Notes under the pieces: generated by a model | Told to the model about the DNA's origin: nothing | The model's database searches: none | What the model saw: only the letters and a program-made list of their open reading frames with translations | Made by a program: the position numbers and the translations under genes | NCBI GenBank assembly: GCA_963727625.1 | Contig: CAVSHR010000004.1 | Coordinates: 1,312,001 to 1,376,000, forward strand | Source of the DNA: an uncultured delta proteobacterium | GTDB lineage: Bacteria; Desulfobacterota; Binatia; UBA9968 | Direction: 5' to 3' | DNA: 64,000 bases | Part shown: positions 1 through 10,171 of the stretch, piece after piece | Layout: the number at the start of each line of letters is the position of its first letter | Numbering within the stretch: position 1 is the stretch's first letter

Positions 1-968
1 GTGCCGAACACCTCGACGGCATCGCACATCCAACGCACCCAGTTGTCCCAGCCGACGCGCTCGGCCTTACCGGGATTGATCCATTCAAACAGCCGCTTGT
101 CCCACACCTCCATGTTGAAGTGGATGTTGTCGGCGCCGGCGGCTTTATAGCGCTTCACTTCTTCTCGCGGCCGGGCATTGACCTCGAAGGTGATTCTTGG
201 CCTTGCCGAGGTTCCTTTGATCGCGCGGATGTACTCCTCGTAGAAATCCACTTCGCTCTTGCCATGCAGCGTTTTGGTGATCGAGCCGCCGCTGAGCACG
301 AAGCCGGGCGCGGCTACTCCAAGCCGGCGCGCGTCGCTCGTGACCTCCTCGCAAACTAACCTGACATCTTCCAACGACTTTACCGGCGCCGCCAAAGTGA
401 AGTCGCGTGACAACTTCATTTGGCGGGCGTTCTCGTTGATGTCGCAGAACTTGCATTCCTCCTTCGCGCCCCAGTATTGACAATTGCGAAAGATGGTAAT
501 GAACGCGCCAAAGGCGACGATCTCGTGGTAGGGCGTGCCGTCAGGCAAGCTCTTCGAATAGTAGTCGGGAGTTTTTGGCAAGCGGACTTCCGCAAGAACA
601 CGCCCCTCCGTGGTCATAACGAGGCGGCCATCGACGACATCGATCAGGTAAGGCGAATAAGGCGAAAGCGAAGTCTGAATCGCCACAGGGCGCATGCCGT
701 AAGGCCCATTGAGTATTACGAAGTGTTCTGGCACGCGCCGATGCTCGCCCCTCTTGAGCTCGGACATCGGCACCAAGTCGTAGGAGAATAAGCGGTAGGA
801 CTTGACCAGCGTGCCCCCGGACGCTTGGAGCGCGGCGTCGCTGAACCAGTGCCCGAGGCTCAAGAGATGCTGCTTGAGAATAGTCTCCTTGGGAACGTCC
901 GGGTATTTTTGGAAATACGCTTCCAATACTTCGGGACTGGATTCGTTCGTCGTCGCCAGGTTAGCCAT
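1..968 (-). CDS. Radical SAM protein (partial, runs off left edge)
   Basis: Not in ORF track because there is no stop in the window. Manual translation from ATG at 968: MANLATTNESSPEVLEAYF...FRNCQYWGAKEECKFCDINEN...SGGSIT...NMEVWDKRLFEWINPGK. CX8CX2C cluster motif and GG motif; frame open to the edge. Confidence 0.8.
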   Translation of the reverse strand, partial: MANLATTNESSPEVLEAYFQKYPDVPKETILKQHLLSLGHWFSDAALQASGGTLVKSYRLFSYDLVPMSELKRGEHRRVPEHFVILNGPYGMRPVAIQTSLSPYSPYLIDVVDGRLVMTTEGRVLAEVRLPKTPDYYSKSLPDGTPYHEIVAFGAFITIFRNCQYWGAKEECKFCDINENARQMKLSRDFTLAAPVKSLEDVRLVCEEVTSDARRLGVAAPGFVLSGGSITKTLHGKSEVDFYEEYIRAIKGTSARPRITFEVNARPREEVKRYKAAGADNIHFNMEVWDKRLFEWINPGKAERVGWDNWVRWMCDAVEVFG

Positions 969-1034
969 TCGGCGGATCCTTTCAATGCGATCGTTGCGGC
1001 TTGCGCCTTTATCCGGGCCCGCTCGCCATCGTCG

Positions 1035-1603
1035 CTACTTCAATAGGGCTCGTGCAGCCTTGGCGGCGGGTTTGCGTACCTTTTTGATCTTCTCTTCCGA
1101 CTGATTTTCAACCTGCAAACATTCACTGACGGACATGGCGTCTTTTGCCGGGATCGTGCCGGACTTTCTCAGCCAGCGAGTGTCGACATCGAGGCGCCGG
1201 GTCGCTTGGCTAAGCGCTACGGTTCGATCGGATCGAGGATCCCCTCGTTCAACATGCCGGATATGATCGAAGAAGACCCGCCGATGTGCAGATCGAAATG
1301 GCGCACGCCGGCTTTGAATTCGTCCGCCATGCGGCGCACCGCCGCGCTGCCGCGCGCCGTAAATGTTTCGACTTCAATGCCGTAGTGTTTATTGAATTGC
1401 TTCTCGACCTGTCTTTTCAACTCGGCGCTGGCCGGCATCGATACCGTGACCTTGCCTTCCTTCTTTGCGCCATCGAGCACCTGTTCCCAATCCGCCGACC
1501 CGGCAACTCTGCTTTGCTGACCATAAACCGGGGGCGCCCATATCAGCAGCCAATACAGCAAGACCGATAAAAACTTCCTCGCAATTTTGATCTGGACTGG
1601 CAT
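1035..1603 (-). pseudogene. ABC extracellular solute-binding protein with large internal deletion
   Basis: The N-terminal 128 aa (signal peptide, WEQVLDGAKKEGKV) stop at 1217. An SBP-like C-terminus follows immediately in another frame (LSQATRRLDVDTRWL...ENQSEEKIKKVRKPAAKAARALLK*, stop 1035-1037). Confidence 0.7.
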
Positions 1604-1900
1604 CGTTCTACCTACACCACACGGGTAAAGATCGCGTGCTGAGCGAACACCTCTTTCCGAGCCTTACCGGGCTGGATGGATAATTCTTTAAGGAGAAATA
1701 GTTTATATGTCAAGAATTGTTTTCTAAATAAATCAACTGTCTTACGAGGGAACACCCCAAAGCTTAATACTGAAAAGACAATCAATTGTTGACCGGGTTT
1801 TGAAAAACCAAAGGCGCGCCCGTCTAATTATCTCCGCCGCGTGGCAATCCATGAATACGAACAGGCCGAGCTTTGTACAGTTGACGTCAGACCTATAGGT

Positions 1901-1982
1901 TCCGTCTATTCTCGCGACCCCTGACGGCAACCTTGTCGAAGTATCGGAGTATATCAGCGACGTGAGAGCAGCAAGCGATTGA
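1901..1982 (+). pseudogene. VOC/glyoxalase C-terminal remnant
   Basis: SVYSRD(+1 frameshift)PDGNLVEVSEY matches the VOC C-terminal motif 'YxRDPDGNxxE'; no N-terminus found. Confidence 0.5.
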
Positions 1983-2232
1983 ACGAAAGCTGACAGTAAG
2001 TACCCGTCCTGTTCCAGTTCACAGTTCATAGCAGCGAAGCACGGACAGGGTCTTGAACGTTGCTGTCAAATTGAAATTCCCCAGGACAATATAGATTCAG
2101 AGCAACCGCCGCCGCAGCGATTCTTACCGATCTCGTAGGCCAAACGTTTTTGACAAGGCCCGAAAAACAATCCGCTTTTCTCGGAGACCCCGCCAACCAG
2201 CCTAACAAGATTGCGTCTGATCTGGAGAAAGC

Positions 2233-3090
2233 TCAGCGCGAAATTTTTCCCGCGAACTTCTCGATCAAAGCGTTAAAGCGCTCGGGCTCGTCGACGAACA
2301 AGGCGTGGCCCGCTTTCTTGAACAGTTCAACTTGGGTCGACGGGCGATGCTTTTTGAAGTTGGCCGCTTGCTGCTCAAATTGCCGGGTGACGGCGTAGAG
2401 CAGAGGCTTGTCGAAACCGAGGGCAATCTGTTTCCAATGTCTGCGTGCGAAAGGATAGTCCAGCAGCGCCAGACTGTCTTCCAGCCTCATTCGCGTGGCG
2501 TCGCGCGTCAAGCGACGCAACTCTACCTCATCAAGCCGCGTGGCGAAAATGGATCGCACGAAATCGGTTATGGTTTTGTCCCGGTCTTGGCGCAGACACT
2601 GCTTGAAATTTCCGCCCGGCGCGGGCGCCGGCTCCTCACCCACCGAGCTATCGACCAAGACCAAACCGGCCATCGTTGCGGCACCGAACATGTGCACCAT
2701 TTGCAGCGATTCGATGGCGCCCAAGGACCAGCCGATCAGCAGAACCTTTGATCGTGGCAACAAAAATTCGTGGATATCGGTCGCCCGCCGCTCCGCGGTG
2801 TAGCCGGCCGTGGGAATTTCAGATTCACCCTGGCCGCGCGGATCCAAGGCGAGCGTCTCGTAGCGCCGGCTGAAAACTTCCAGCTGTCTACGCCAAATCG
2901 TCGCCGGCATCGACCATCCGGGAACTAAAACGATGGCCAACTTTTCTTTGCCGGCGAAATCCTGTCCGGCTTCCAGGAAGGAGAGCGTTACGCCGTCGCT
3001 GGTCTGAAAGGATCGTCGGGTAATTTCACTGGCGGTGCAAGGGCTTGCCATGATCAGCAACGCCGCGGCCAAGCACAAACGGCGCGCCAT
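2233..3090 (-). CDS. Alpha/beta hydrolase (non-heme chloroperoxidase-like), signal peptide
   Basis: VPGW oxyanion motif, DPRGQGES, GWSLG nucleophile elbow, AGHALF. Confidence 0.85.
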   Translation of the reverse strand: MARRLCLAAALLIMASPCTASEITRRSFQTSDGVTLSFLEAGQDFAGKEKLAIVLVPGWSMPATIWRRQLEVFSRRYETLALDPRGQGESEIPTAGYTAERRATDIHEFLLPRSKVLLIGWSLGAIESLQMVHMFGAATMAGLVLVDSSVGEEPAPAPGGNFKQCLRQDRDKTITDFVRSIFATRLDEVELRRLTRDATRMRLEDSLALLDYPFARRHWKQIALGFDKPLLYAVTRQFEQQAANFKKHRPSTQVELFKKAGHALFVDEPERFNALIEKFAGKISR

Positions 3091-3102
3091 GAATTCACTG
3101 AG

Positions 3103-4260
3103 CTAGCGGTGCGCGGCGATGAGCCCGGACTGCTGGCCGCGCCAATGGTAGCCGAAGGGAAACGGCAACGGAGCCTGTTCCTTCCGGGCGCTGTAAGCGG
3201 TTTCGAGATCTTTTTGATAACCATAGGTCATCGGCCTGATCGGCTTATTGTAGCGGCCGTAGAGCTTTACCTGCCAAGGGGTGTGTTTGATGTAACGGTA
3301 CGGGATGCCGGTGTCGTCTTGCACCAATACATCGGCGGCATCCAACAGCATAGCGCGGGTTTTGGAGAACTGCTGATCGTGTAGCAGATAAGAAGCCGAT
3401 TTGATCAACACCGTGGCCGGCTTGTACTGGCTCGCCCAGTTTAAAAAGTCCGGATAAGATTCCAGGGCCTTGTCCGACGCATCGAGCGAGACATAGGAGA
3501 GTTGCTGCGTAGTCGAACCGTTCGGATTGCCAAACTCGATGCGCACGGCGCGCATTCTCACCCGCGGCCGTTTCGCGTCGGGCGAATCGAAGCCATGAGT
3601 AATCTCCGGGAAAAGATCGAGAGGTTCGATCCTGATGATGCGCCGATTCATCAGCGCCATCATGGTCGCCATCACCGGGACGGTGCCGCGGATCCACGGT
3701 GTGCTCAACTGCTTGCTCATGTACGAAGTGATAAAATAGTTGCGTTCGAAAATATCGCGAAACGCGCTGCGTACGTCTTGCAGCAGCTCGGCGAACTGCA
3801 CGGGCGTCACCGACTCCAAATCCGGCAGCGTTCCGGGCCGCTCCAGGCTGAAGAATACATAGCGCCCATGCTCGGGGAAAAACGTATAGGCGTTCAGAAA
3901 ATCCGGACCGCTGAAAGGATAGAGCAGGGTCTTTTTAGGCGCGCCGGCAATCTTGATCTCCTGACTGCGCCACGACTCCATGGTTTGAATGCGATGGTGC
4001 ACTTGATTCCAGCTGGAGGTCATCCACTGCTGGTGTTCCTTGAACGCATCGGTTTCGACTAGCCGCTTTAATGCCGGCTCCGGCGGATTGGGAGCGACCC
4101 CCGCCAGGATTTGCGCTGTCGCCGTAGCGCGCCGGTTAAACTCCATGCCGTTGGCCGACAGAGCATTAACCGGACCAGAAGCCAGAAGGAGCGTCAAAAC
4201 GAGCGCGCTCATCAACCTCAGGAAATCAAATCGTTCCATAAATTGTAAGCTATATTTCAT
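3103..4260 (-). CDS. Hypothetical exported protein
   Basis: 385-aa ORF with N-terminal hydrophobic segment and motif-like blocks LLYPFSGPDF, KSASYLLH, QDDTGIPY, LPFPFGY; 12 bp upstream of the hydrolase. Confidence 0.7.
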   Translation of the reverse strand: MKYSLQFMERFDFLRLMSALVLTLLLASGPVNALSANGMEFNRRATATAQILAGVAPNPPEPALKRLVETDAFKEHQQWMTSSWNQVHHRIQTMESWRSQEIKIAGAPKKTLLYPFSGPDFLNAYTFFPEHGRYVFFSLERPGTLPDLESVTPVQFAELLQDVRSAFRDIFERNYFITSYMSKQLSTPWIRGTVPVMATMMALMNRRIIRIEPLDLFPEITHGFDSPDAKRPRVRMRAVRIEFGNPNGSTTQQLSYVSLDASDKALESYPDFLNWASQYKPATVLIKSASYLLHDQQFSKTRAMLLDAADVLVQDDTGIPYRYIKHTPWQVKLYGRYNKPIRPMTYGYQKDLETAYSARKEQAPLPFPFGYHWRGQQSGLIAAHR

Positions 4261-4677
4261 AGACTTGGCACGTAAAACTAAACCTTAGATAGAATTCTCA
4301 AATCGCGCTCCTCAGCCTAAACGATCTCCTTTCAGGGACTTTGACGAACAGAGTAGCATTTTCTAAGCTACAAGTAATATCATTTGCAAGGGGTCAATGG
4401 CTCACCGGCCGGCACTGTCTTGCCTCCGGGTCGGTAACGATCCCGGCGAATGAAGCGCCAGCGGCAAATGCCTTTTCATGAGAAACAGATTGAGATAAGA
4501 GAAAAAACACCGCGACAATACAAACCTAAGGAAGGATTGAGTCACGTGGTGCGTGTATTTGTTTCGGGCGGATCTCTAAATCGTGCGGCTGTGTGTATTC
4601 GCTTCATGCCTGTGGCTCGGCAAGCCCGCCGCCGGCAACATCACTAACGTCAACGACCACGCCAAAAGGAGAACAAC

Positions 4678-5388
4678 TTGTCAGGTTGGAAAGCTCGCAT
4701 CGGCTATTTATCACCGTCGGTTTTTGAAACACCGTCGGACTGGGATTTAATCTTGCCCAAAGGCTTCACCCTTGTCGCTTCGGGCCTCAACGTTCAAGCC
4801 CACACGGAAGCGGAGTTCAATAAAGCCATCGACGCGCTGGGCGCCGGCCTGGGAATTTTCGCCGCCGAAGAATGCGACGCCATTCTCATGGGCGGCATCA
4901 CTCTCGGCACGCAGCGCGGTTACGCCGCCGAGCAGGAAGTCGTCGCCAAACTTTCCCGTCAAGTCGGCTTGCCGGTCAGCACCGCCATGAGCGCGACGGT
5001 GGAGGCGTTCAAACATTTGCGCGTGCGCAGCACGGTGATCGCCACCGCATACAAAGAATCCATCAATCAAGCCGTTAAAAAATATTACGAGGACGGCGGC
5101 TTAAAAGTCCTGGAAATCAAGGGGCTGGAAGTTTCCAAACCGGTGGATCAAGTCAAGCTTCCTGACTACGCGTCGTATAAAGTCGCTCGCGAACTATTTC
5201 GCCATCATCCCGAGGTCGACAGCCTGTTGATTCAGGGCCGATGGCGGTCGGTCGCCTATGTTCAAGAGCTGGAAGACGACACCTTAAAACCGGTGATCTC
5301 CAGTACTGCGGCGTCGCTCTGGTGGGTCATGAACGCTCTCGGCATGAAACCACCCATCGAAGGTTACGGCAAACTGTTGCACGGCTAA
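4678..5388 (+). CDS. Maleate cis-trans isomerase / arylmalonate decarboxylase family (Asp/Glu racemase fold)
   Basis: GWKARIGYLSPS N-terminus, ATAY, KPVISS, GYGKLL C-terminus; RBS AAGGAG before TTG. Confidence 0.8.
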   Translation: MSGWKARIGYLSPSVFETPSDWDLILPKGFTLVASGLNVQAHTEAEFNKAIDALGAGLGIFAAEECDAILMGGITLGTQRGYAAEQEVVAKLSRQVGLPVSTAMSATVEAFKHLRVRSTVIATAYKESINQAVKKYYEDGGLKVLEIKGLEVSKPVDQVKLPDYASYKVARELFRHHPEVDSLLIQGRWRSVAYVQELEDDTLKPVISSTAASLWWVMNALGMKPPIEGYGKLLHG

Positions 5389-5471
5389 TGCCCCCGGCAG
5401 GGGGGGCGGCACGGTTCATTTAAATGAGCTCCCCCACGCTAATCCATGATTATCCGGCGCAGCGCTAAAAC

Positions 5472-5507
5472 AAAAAGGGCGGCCTGATCAATCAGCCCGC
5501 CCTTTTT
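5472..5507. terminator. Bidirectional intrinsic terminator
   Basis: AAAAAGGGCGG...CCGCCCTTTTT hairpin with A/T tracts on both sides. Confidence 0.75.
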
Positions 5508-5878
5508 ATTAACGCCAACGCGTTATTACTGTGATCTTATTATTTTTTCACTGCAGCCCGCTTACCAACGATTCGGCCAGCGCTTGTTTCGAACACACCT
5601 GCCGCCGGGGTTGTTTCGAGACTGCTTTGAGGAAGCCCAACCTACTGATTGACCCGCTCCCGGGTTCGCGCCAAGCGGCGCCGAGATTGAGGGCTTGATT
5701 CACACAGCTCGATTGCCAACGGCTAGCTCGATCGAACTGCTGGCATCCGCCGCCAGCGGGCTTGAATTGCCCGGTGGACTATCTTCTCCCGTCATAAAAC
5801 CTCCATCACGGAAAAGCTCCAGACAGGCGCGCTCTGCTGCCGCTCTTCCCACCCCGCTTGTACTACGGAGCTAGCCAA

Positions 5879-5907
5879 ACGCTATCGCTGCAAATAATTG
5901 ATGTCAA
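5879..5907 (-). promoter_or_regulatory. Sigma70-like promoter
   Basis: Minus strand TTGACA-N17-TAGCGT, upstream of a GGAGG RBS and ATG at 5795. Confidence 0.55.
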
Positions 5908-5976
5908 GAGCTCTTTTTGAATTATTTGCGCCGCAAATTTCAAACCGCGATTTTTTTCTGAAAAAGTATGACTCGC

Positions 5977-6285
5977 CTATCGATGCCCGCGCATTTCCGC
6001 CGCGCTGAAGGGACCGGCGCCCATGATTTGATGCACCTCCCACTCAAGCAACTCGAAGGTAGAAAATCCCGCAGCCGTATAGGGATCGCTGGCGGCAATT
6101 TTTTCCGCTTCCGCTTTGTCGGTGGCGCGAATGACGTAAACGCCGTACTTGCGATCCGTTGTCGGCCCGGAAAAAAGGATTTTACCGGATTCATGTTGTT
6201 GCTTCATCCAGACCAGGTGTTGATCTAGCGTCACCGTCCACTCCTCGCGCGGCTTCACCGGCCGGCGCAGAACCAAGTACCACAT
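5977..6285 (-). CDS. YciI family protein
   Basis: MWYLVLRR...QHLVWM...GKILFSGP...AEKIAASDPY; RBS AAGGAGG places the start at 6285. Confidence 0.85.
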   Translation of the reverse strand: MWYLVLRRPVKPREEWTVTLDQHLVWMKQQHESGKILFSGPTTDRKYGVYVIRATDKAEAEKIAASDPYTAAGFSTFELLEWEVHQIMGAGPFSAAEMRGHR

Positions 6286-6637
6286 GCTCGCCTCCTTTTT
6301 ATAAAAACGAAGAAACCATCCGACCCTAAAATTAACCGATACGCCGCCGCGCTTCGCGCTGTCAAGACCATGTCGCTGTGGATGCTTGCCCAGCGCGATG
6401 GCTATGGCGCCGGTCACCACGGCCCGCCCTCGCACAAACCGGAAATGAAAAAATTCAGCACTCCCTTCAGATGCCAAACCAACCTCTAGTCGGCGGGGTT
6501 CCAGAGGGATTAACTGCATGTACTAGACAAAGATATGCCAGTCAAAGCCTACGGCCGGCATCGGGCGGCTTAACTTAATGCGCTATTGATATATAATGCG
6601 TTGGGCCTTTCGAGATGGATTCACCCAAGGAGTTAAA

Positions 6638-8194
6638 ATGAACCGTACGTTTATCGGGCTGATCATAGTGAGTTCGTGCTTGCTTTCACCGAACTGGATC
6701 TACGCGCAAGATTCCATTCGTGATTTGGTCGTAAAGATTCACGCGATCCACCAACGACCGGATCTTTTTCGTCCTTGGACCAAAGCCAGCCCGCAACAGG
6801 TGAAGGGCTCCGGCGTGGTGATCGACGGTAAGCGAATTCTCACCAACGCCCATGTCGTCAAGTACGCCAGCCAGATTTATGTCCAGCCGAACCAATCGGC
6901 GAGCTACATCCCTGCACGGGTCGAGGCGATGACGCCGGGCATGGATCTGGCGATCTTGAAGCTCGACGACGAATCGTTTTTCGACAATCGCGGCAGCCTG
7001 CAATTCGCCGATGAAATGCCGCGGGTCAAAGACTCCATCAATGTCTACGGCTATCCTACCGGGGGCACCGAGCTTTCGGTCACCCAAGGGATCGTGTCGC
7101 GGATCGAATACACCGACTATTATTACCAGGCGACCGGTTTGCGCATCCAGGTGGACGCGGCGCTCAATTTCGGCAATAGCGGCGGTCCGGCCGTCTCGGA
7201 CGGAAAGCTCGTCGGTCTGGTTTTCAGTTTGATTCAAAACGCGCAAAACATCGGCTATTTGATTCCGGTCGAGGAAATAAAGCTTTTCTTAAATGACGTG
7301 GCCGATGGGGTTTATGACGGCAAGCCGCAAATGTACGACTTGATTCAGACGGTCGAGAACGACGCGCTGCGCCGCCGCCTCGGTCTGCCCAAAGGCGTCA
7401 ACGGTGTCATGATCGCCCAGCCTTACAGCAGCGACCCGAACTACCCGCTGCAAGAGTGGGACGTGGTGACCAAGATCGGCGATATGCCGATCGATAGCGA
7501 CGGGAAAGTGGCGATCCGTTACGACCTGCGTCTGTCCGCTGCGTATCTCGTGCAGAAATTTGCCAAAAATGGCATGCTGCCGATGACCATCTATCGCAAC
7601 GGCCGGCTGTTAGATATCAACTTGCCGGTGCGCTCTCAAAGAGAGCTGGTCATTCCCTATTTGATGGACAAAGCGCCGCGATTTTTTATCGTGGGGCCCT
7701 TCGTGTTTTCACAAACGACGCAAGATTACCTCGATCGCCTGGGCAATCAACGCACGCCCTCCCTCGGGCGCCAGCCGAGCCCGTTGGTCACCCGGCGTTA
7801 TGACAAGCCCGCCTTCGAAAACGAAGAGCTGATCATTGTCGCCTCGCCGCTGTTTCCCAGCCGTCTGACCCGTGGCTACGATGATCCCAGCCGCGCCGTG
7901 CTGAGCGAAGTGAACGGTATCGAAGTGAAAAACCTCCGGCATCTGGTCGAGATCTTGCGCGACAATCACGACGAGCAAATCAGCTTCAAATTCGCCAGCT
8001 CCGGCGTGTTGACCCACGAGACCATGGTGTTCAATCGCGCCGACCTGATGAACGCGACGGGGAAAATTCTCGAAGAGAACGGGATTCGCTATCCCTACTC
8101 GCCGGATTTGCGCGCGGTATGGGAAACTGGACCGCAAAACGGCACCAAAGCCGCGCAGGCCGCCTGCTGCGTCGCCGCCCCGACTGCCAATTGA
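6638..8194 (+). CDS. HtrA/Deg-like trypsin serine protease with PDZ domains
   Basis: GSGVVI, TNAHVV, DLAIL, GNSGGP catalytic motifs; signal peptide; RBS AAGGAG. Confidence 0.9.
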   Translation: MNRTFIGLIIVSSCLLSPNWIYAQDSIRDLVVKIHAIHQRPDLFRPWTKASPQQVKGSGVVIDGKRILTNAHVVKYASQIYVQPNQSASYIPARVEAMTPGMDLAILKLDDESFFDNRGSLQFADEMPRVKDSINVYGYPTGGTELSVTQGIVSRIEYTDYYYQATGLRIQVDAALNFGNSGGPAVSDGKLVGLVFSLIQNAQNIGYLIPVEEIKLFLNDVADGVYDGKPQMYDLIQTVENDALRRRLGLPKGVNGVMIAQPYSSDPNYPLQEWDVVTKIGDMPIDSDGKVAIRYDLRLSAAYLVQKFAKNGMLPMTIYRNGRLLDINLPVRSQRELVIPYLMDKAPRFFIVGPFVFSQTTQDYLDRLGNQRTPSLGRQPSPLVTRRYDKPAFENEELIIVASPLFPSRLTRGYDDPSRAVLSEVNGIEVKNLRHLVEILRDNHDEQISFKFASSGVLTHETMVFNRADLMNATGKILEENGIRYPYSPDLRAVWETGPQNGTKAAQAACCVAAPTAN

Positions 8195-8479
8195 GTTGCT
8201 GCGCGATGTCGTCGAAGGACCGTACAAAGTGATCTACCTGATCACCGGCAATCATGATGGCCGGGGTAGCCCCGCGCCGGATGATGACCGCCTCCTGCGT
8301 TTGGTTCCCAAGTGATCACCCGGTGGAAAAAAGGGATTTACTCGCGCCGCCGGCGTCGAAACCTTGCGGTGTTGGTTAAATCGTTGCCTTGCCATTGTAC
8401 ATGATTATTTATGAGTCCATTGGGCGTTGAACCCGGCCACTTGCTGAGATAGGATCAGCCCGCTCTAGCGAGGATCGTC

Positions 8480-9160
8480 ATGCGCAAGAAAGTATTCACT
8501 TGGCTTGGGAAAGAATTCGTCGAGCTCTCCGGCGAAGCGGAGCCGGCGCCAAACGCCGCGCTCGAAGCGCGGGACATTTTTCACCGTTTCGACCTGGAGC
8601 TGCGCAACCACGGCTTGTCGTTGGACAACACCGTGCGCAGCCGCCTTTGGGGACGAGATCGCGAAAGCCGCGATCTTGGCAGCAATGAGCGAGTGAAGAT
8701 TTTAACCGGCAAAGCGCGCTCGGCGAGCTCGAGTTACATCGCTCCGGGAGATTTCGATTCGCCCGCCAAAGTCGCCGTCGATCTGCTCGCCATGCGTCCA
8801 GCTGAAGCAAACGCGGCAAAGCGGGTGGTCGAGTACGATCCGCCGATCGTCCCGATCCGCTTTCTGATTTACGATTCGGTCGTTGTACTTTCCGGTGTGA
8901 CCACGGTTTTACCCACGCTCGAGGACCAGTTGAATAATATCCTGCCGCGCATCCAGGGCTCGTTGACCGCCGCCGGCAGCTCCTGGGATAAGGTCGCGCG
9001 TGTGTCGTTTTATCTTCACCGCACCCAGACCCTCGAGAACCTCAAGCGACTGTTCGCGCGCCATGTCAACCAACCGATAGCTCAAACGGAATATTGTTTC
9101 GTCGATGGTTACTCATCCGAGGGCAAATTCTGCGAAGTTGAGGTCACCGCTCATGTTTAG
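8480..9160 (+). CDS. RidA/YjgF-like tandem-domain protein
   Basis: Two YjgF-like halves; 'LTAAGSSWDKVARVSFYL' and C-terminal 'CEVEVTA'. Confidence 0.65.
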   Translation: MRKKVFTWLGKEFVELSGEAEPAPNAALEARDIFHRFDLELRNHGLSLDNTVRSRLWGRDRESRDLGSNERVKILTGKARSASSSYIAPGDFDSPAKVAVDLLAMRPAEANAAKRVVEYDPPIVPIRFLIYDSVVVLSGVTTVLPTLEDQLNNILPRIQGSLTAAGSSWDKVARVSFYLHRTQTLENLKRLFARHVNQPIAQTEYCFVDGYSSEGKFCEVEVTAHV

Positions 9161-9178
9161 GCTTCACCGGATCGCCCT

Positions 9179-10171
9179 ATGAACAAGCAGAAACTCAGAG
9201 TCGCCATACTCGATGATTTTGAAAAGATCGCAGCCACCGTCCCGGCCTTTGCGAATCTCGAAGCGAGCGCGGATGTGACGATCCTGCCCGGGCGCTTGGA
9301 CGGCTCTGAAAACATCGTCGCTGCCCTACGGGACTTCGACGCCATCCTGCTTATGCGTGAACGCACTTTCTTTAGCGACAAGGAGTACGCGCAGCTGCCG
9401 AAGCTTAAATTTATTTCCCAGACCGGTCGTACAACCAAGCATCTTGATTTGGCCAACGCCACTCGCCGCGGCGTCGCCATCGCCGGCACACCGCCCGACA
9501 ACGGCATGTCGACGATGGAGCTGACCATCGCGCTGATTCTCGCGCTGCTGCGCAAGATTCCTCAGGTGAGCATGCGCATGCGCGAAGAAATCTGGCCTGC
9601 CATAGCGGGAAACACGCTGGTTGGGAAAACCGTCGGTGTTTTTGGTTTTGGCAGGATCGGCAAGGAAGTGGCGCGGATCATGAAAGCGTTTCATGGCACT
9701 CGGGTGCTCGCCTTTTCGCGCACCCTAACTGCCGAACGCGCCGCCGAGGTCGGCGCCGAAAGCGCGTCATTCGAAACCCTGTTGAAAGAATCCGACATTG
9801 TGACGATTCACATCCAGTCCAACCCGGAAACCCGGGGGATTATCGGCGAACGGGAATTCGCGATGATGAAACGCGGCGCCCTGCTGGTGAATACCGCGCG
9901 CGGGCCGATCGTGTCCGAAGCGGCGATGGTCAAGGCGCTGAAAAGCGGCCAACTGGGCGGCGTCGGCCTCGACGTCTACGACATCGAACCGCTGCCGGTG
10001 GACCATCCGCTGCGCCGCATGGACAACGCCATTTTGATGTCGCACCGCGGCTACGCGACGGTCGAAGTTTTGAGCGAGCGCTACGAGCAGGCGATCAACA
10101 ATATTTTAGCATTCATTGACGGCAAACCGCTAAAGCTTTTGAACCCCGAGCCGGCGGCAAAAGGAAACTGA
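9179..10171 (+). CDS. D-isomer-specific 2-hydroxyacid dehydrogenase
   Basis: VAILDD, MRERT, GFGRIG, LVNTARGPIV, LDVYDIEPLP. Confidence 0.9.
   Translation: MNKQKLRVAILDDFEKIAATVPAFANLEASADVTILPGRLDGSENIVAALRDFDAILLMRERTFFSDKEYAQLPKLKFISQTGRTTKHLDLANATRRGVAIAGTPPDNGMSTMELTIALILALLRKIPQVSMRMREEIWPAIAGNTLVGKTVGVFGFGRIGKEVARIMKAFHGTRVLAFSRTLTAERAAEVGAESASFETLLKESDIVTIHIQSNPETRGIIGEREFAMMKRGALLVNTARGPIVSEAAMVKALKSGQLGGVGLDVYDIEPLPVDHPLRRMDNAILMSHRGYATVEVLSERYEQAINNILAFIDGKPLKLLNPEPAAKGN

Noticed and set aside
1742-2208. Short ORFs 1742-2029 and 2026-2208
   Set aside because: No motifs or clear RBS; the region contains an opposite-strand VOC relic.
4411-4423. Sigma54 promoter GGCACTGTCTTGC
   Set aside because: GG-to-GC spacing is 9 rather than the required 10.
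5500-5880. rnpB, tmRNA or other housekeeping ncRNA
   Set aside because: No GAGGAAAGTCC (RNase P) signature and no tRNA-like tmRNA ends on either strand.
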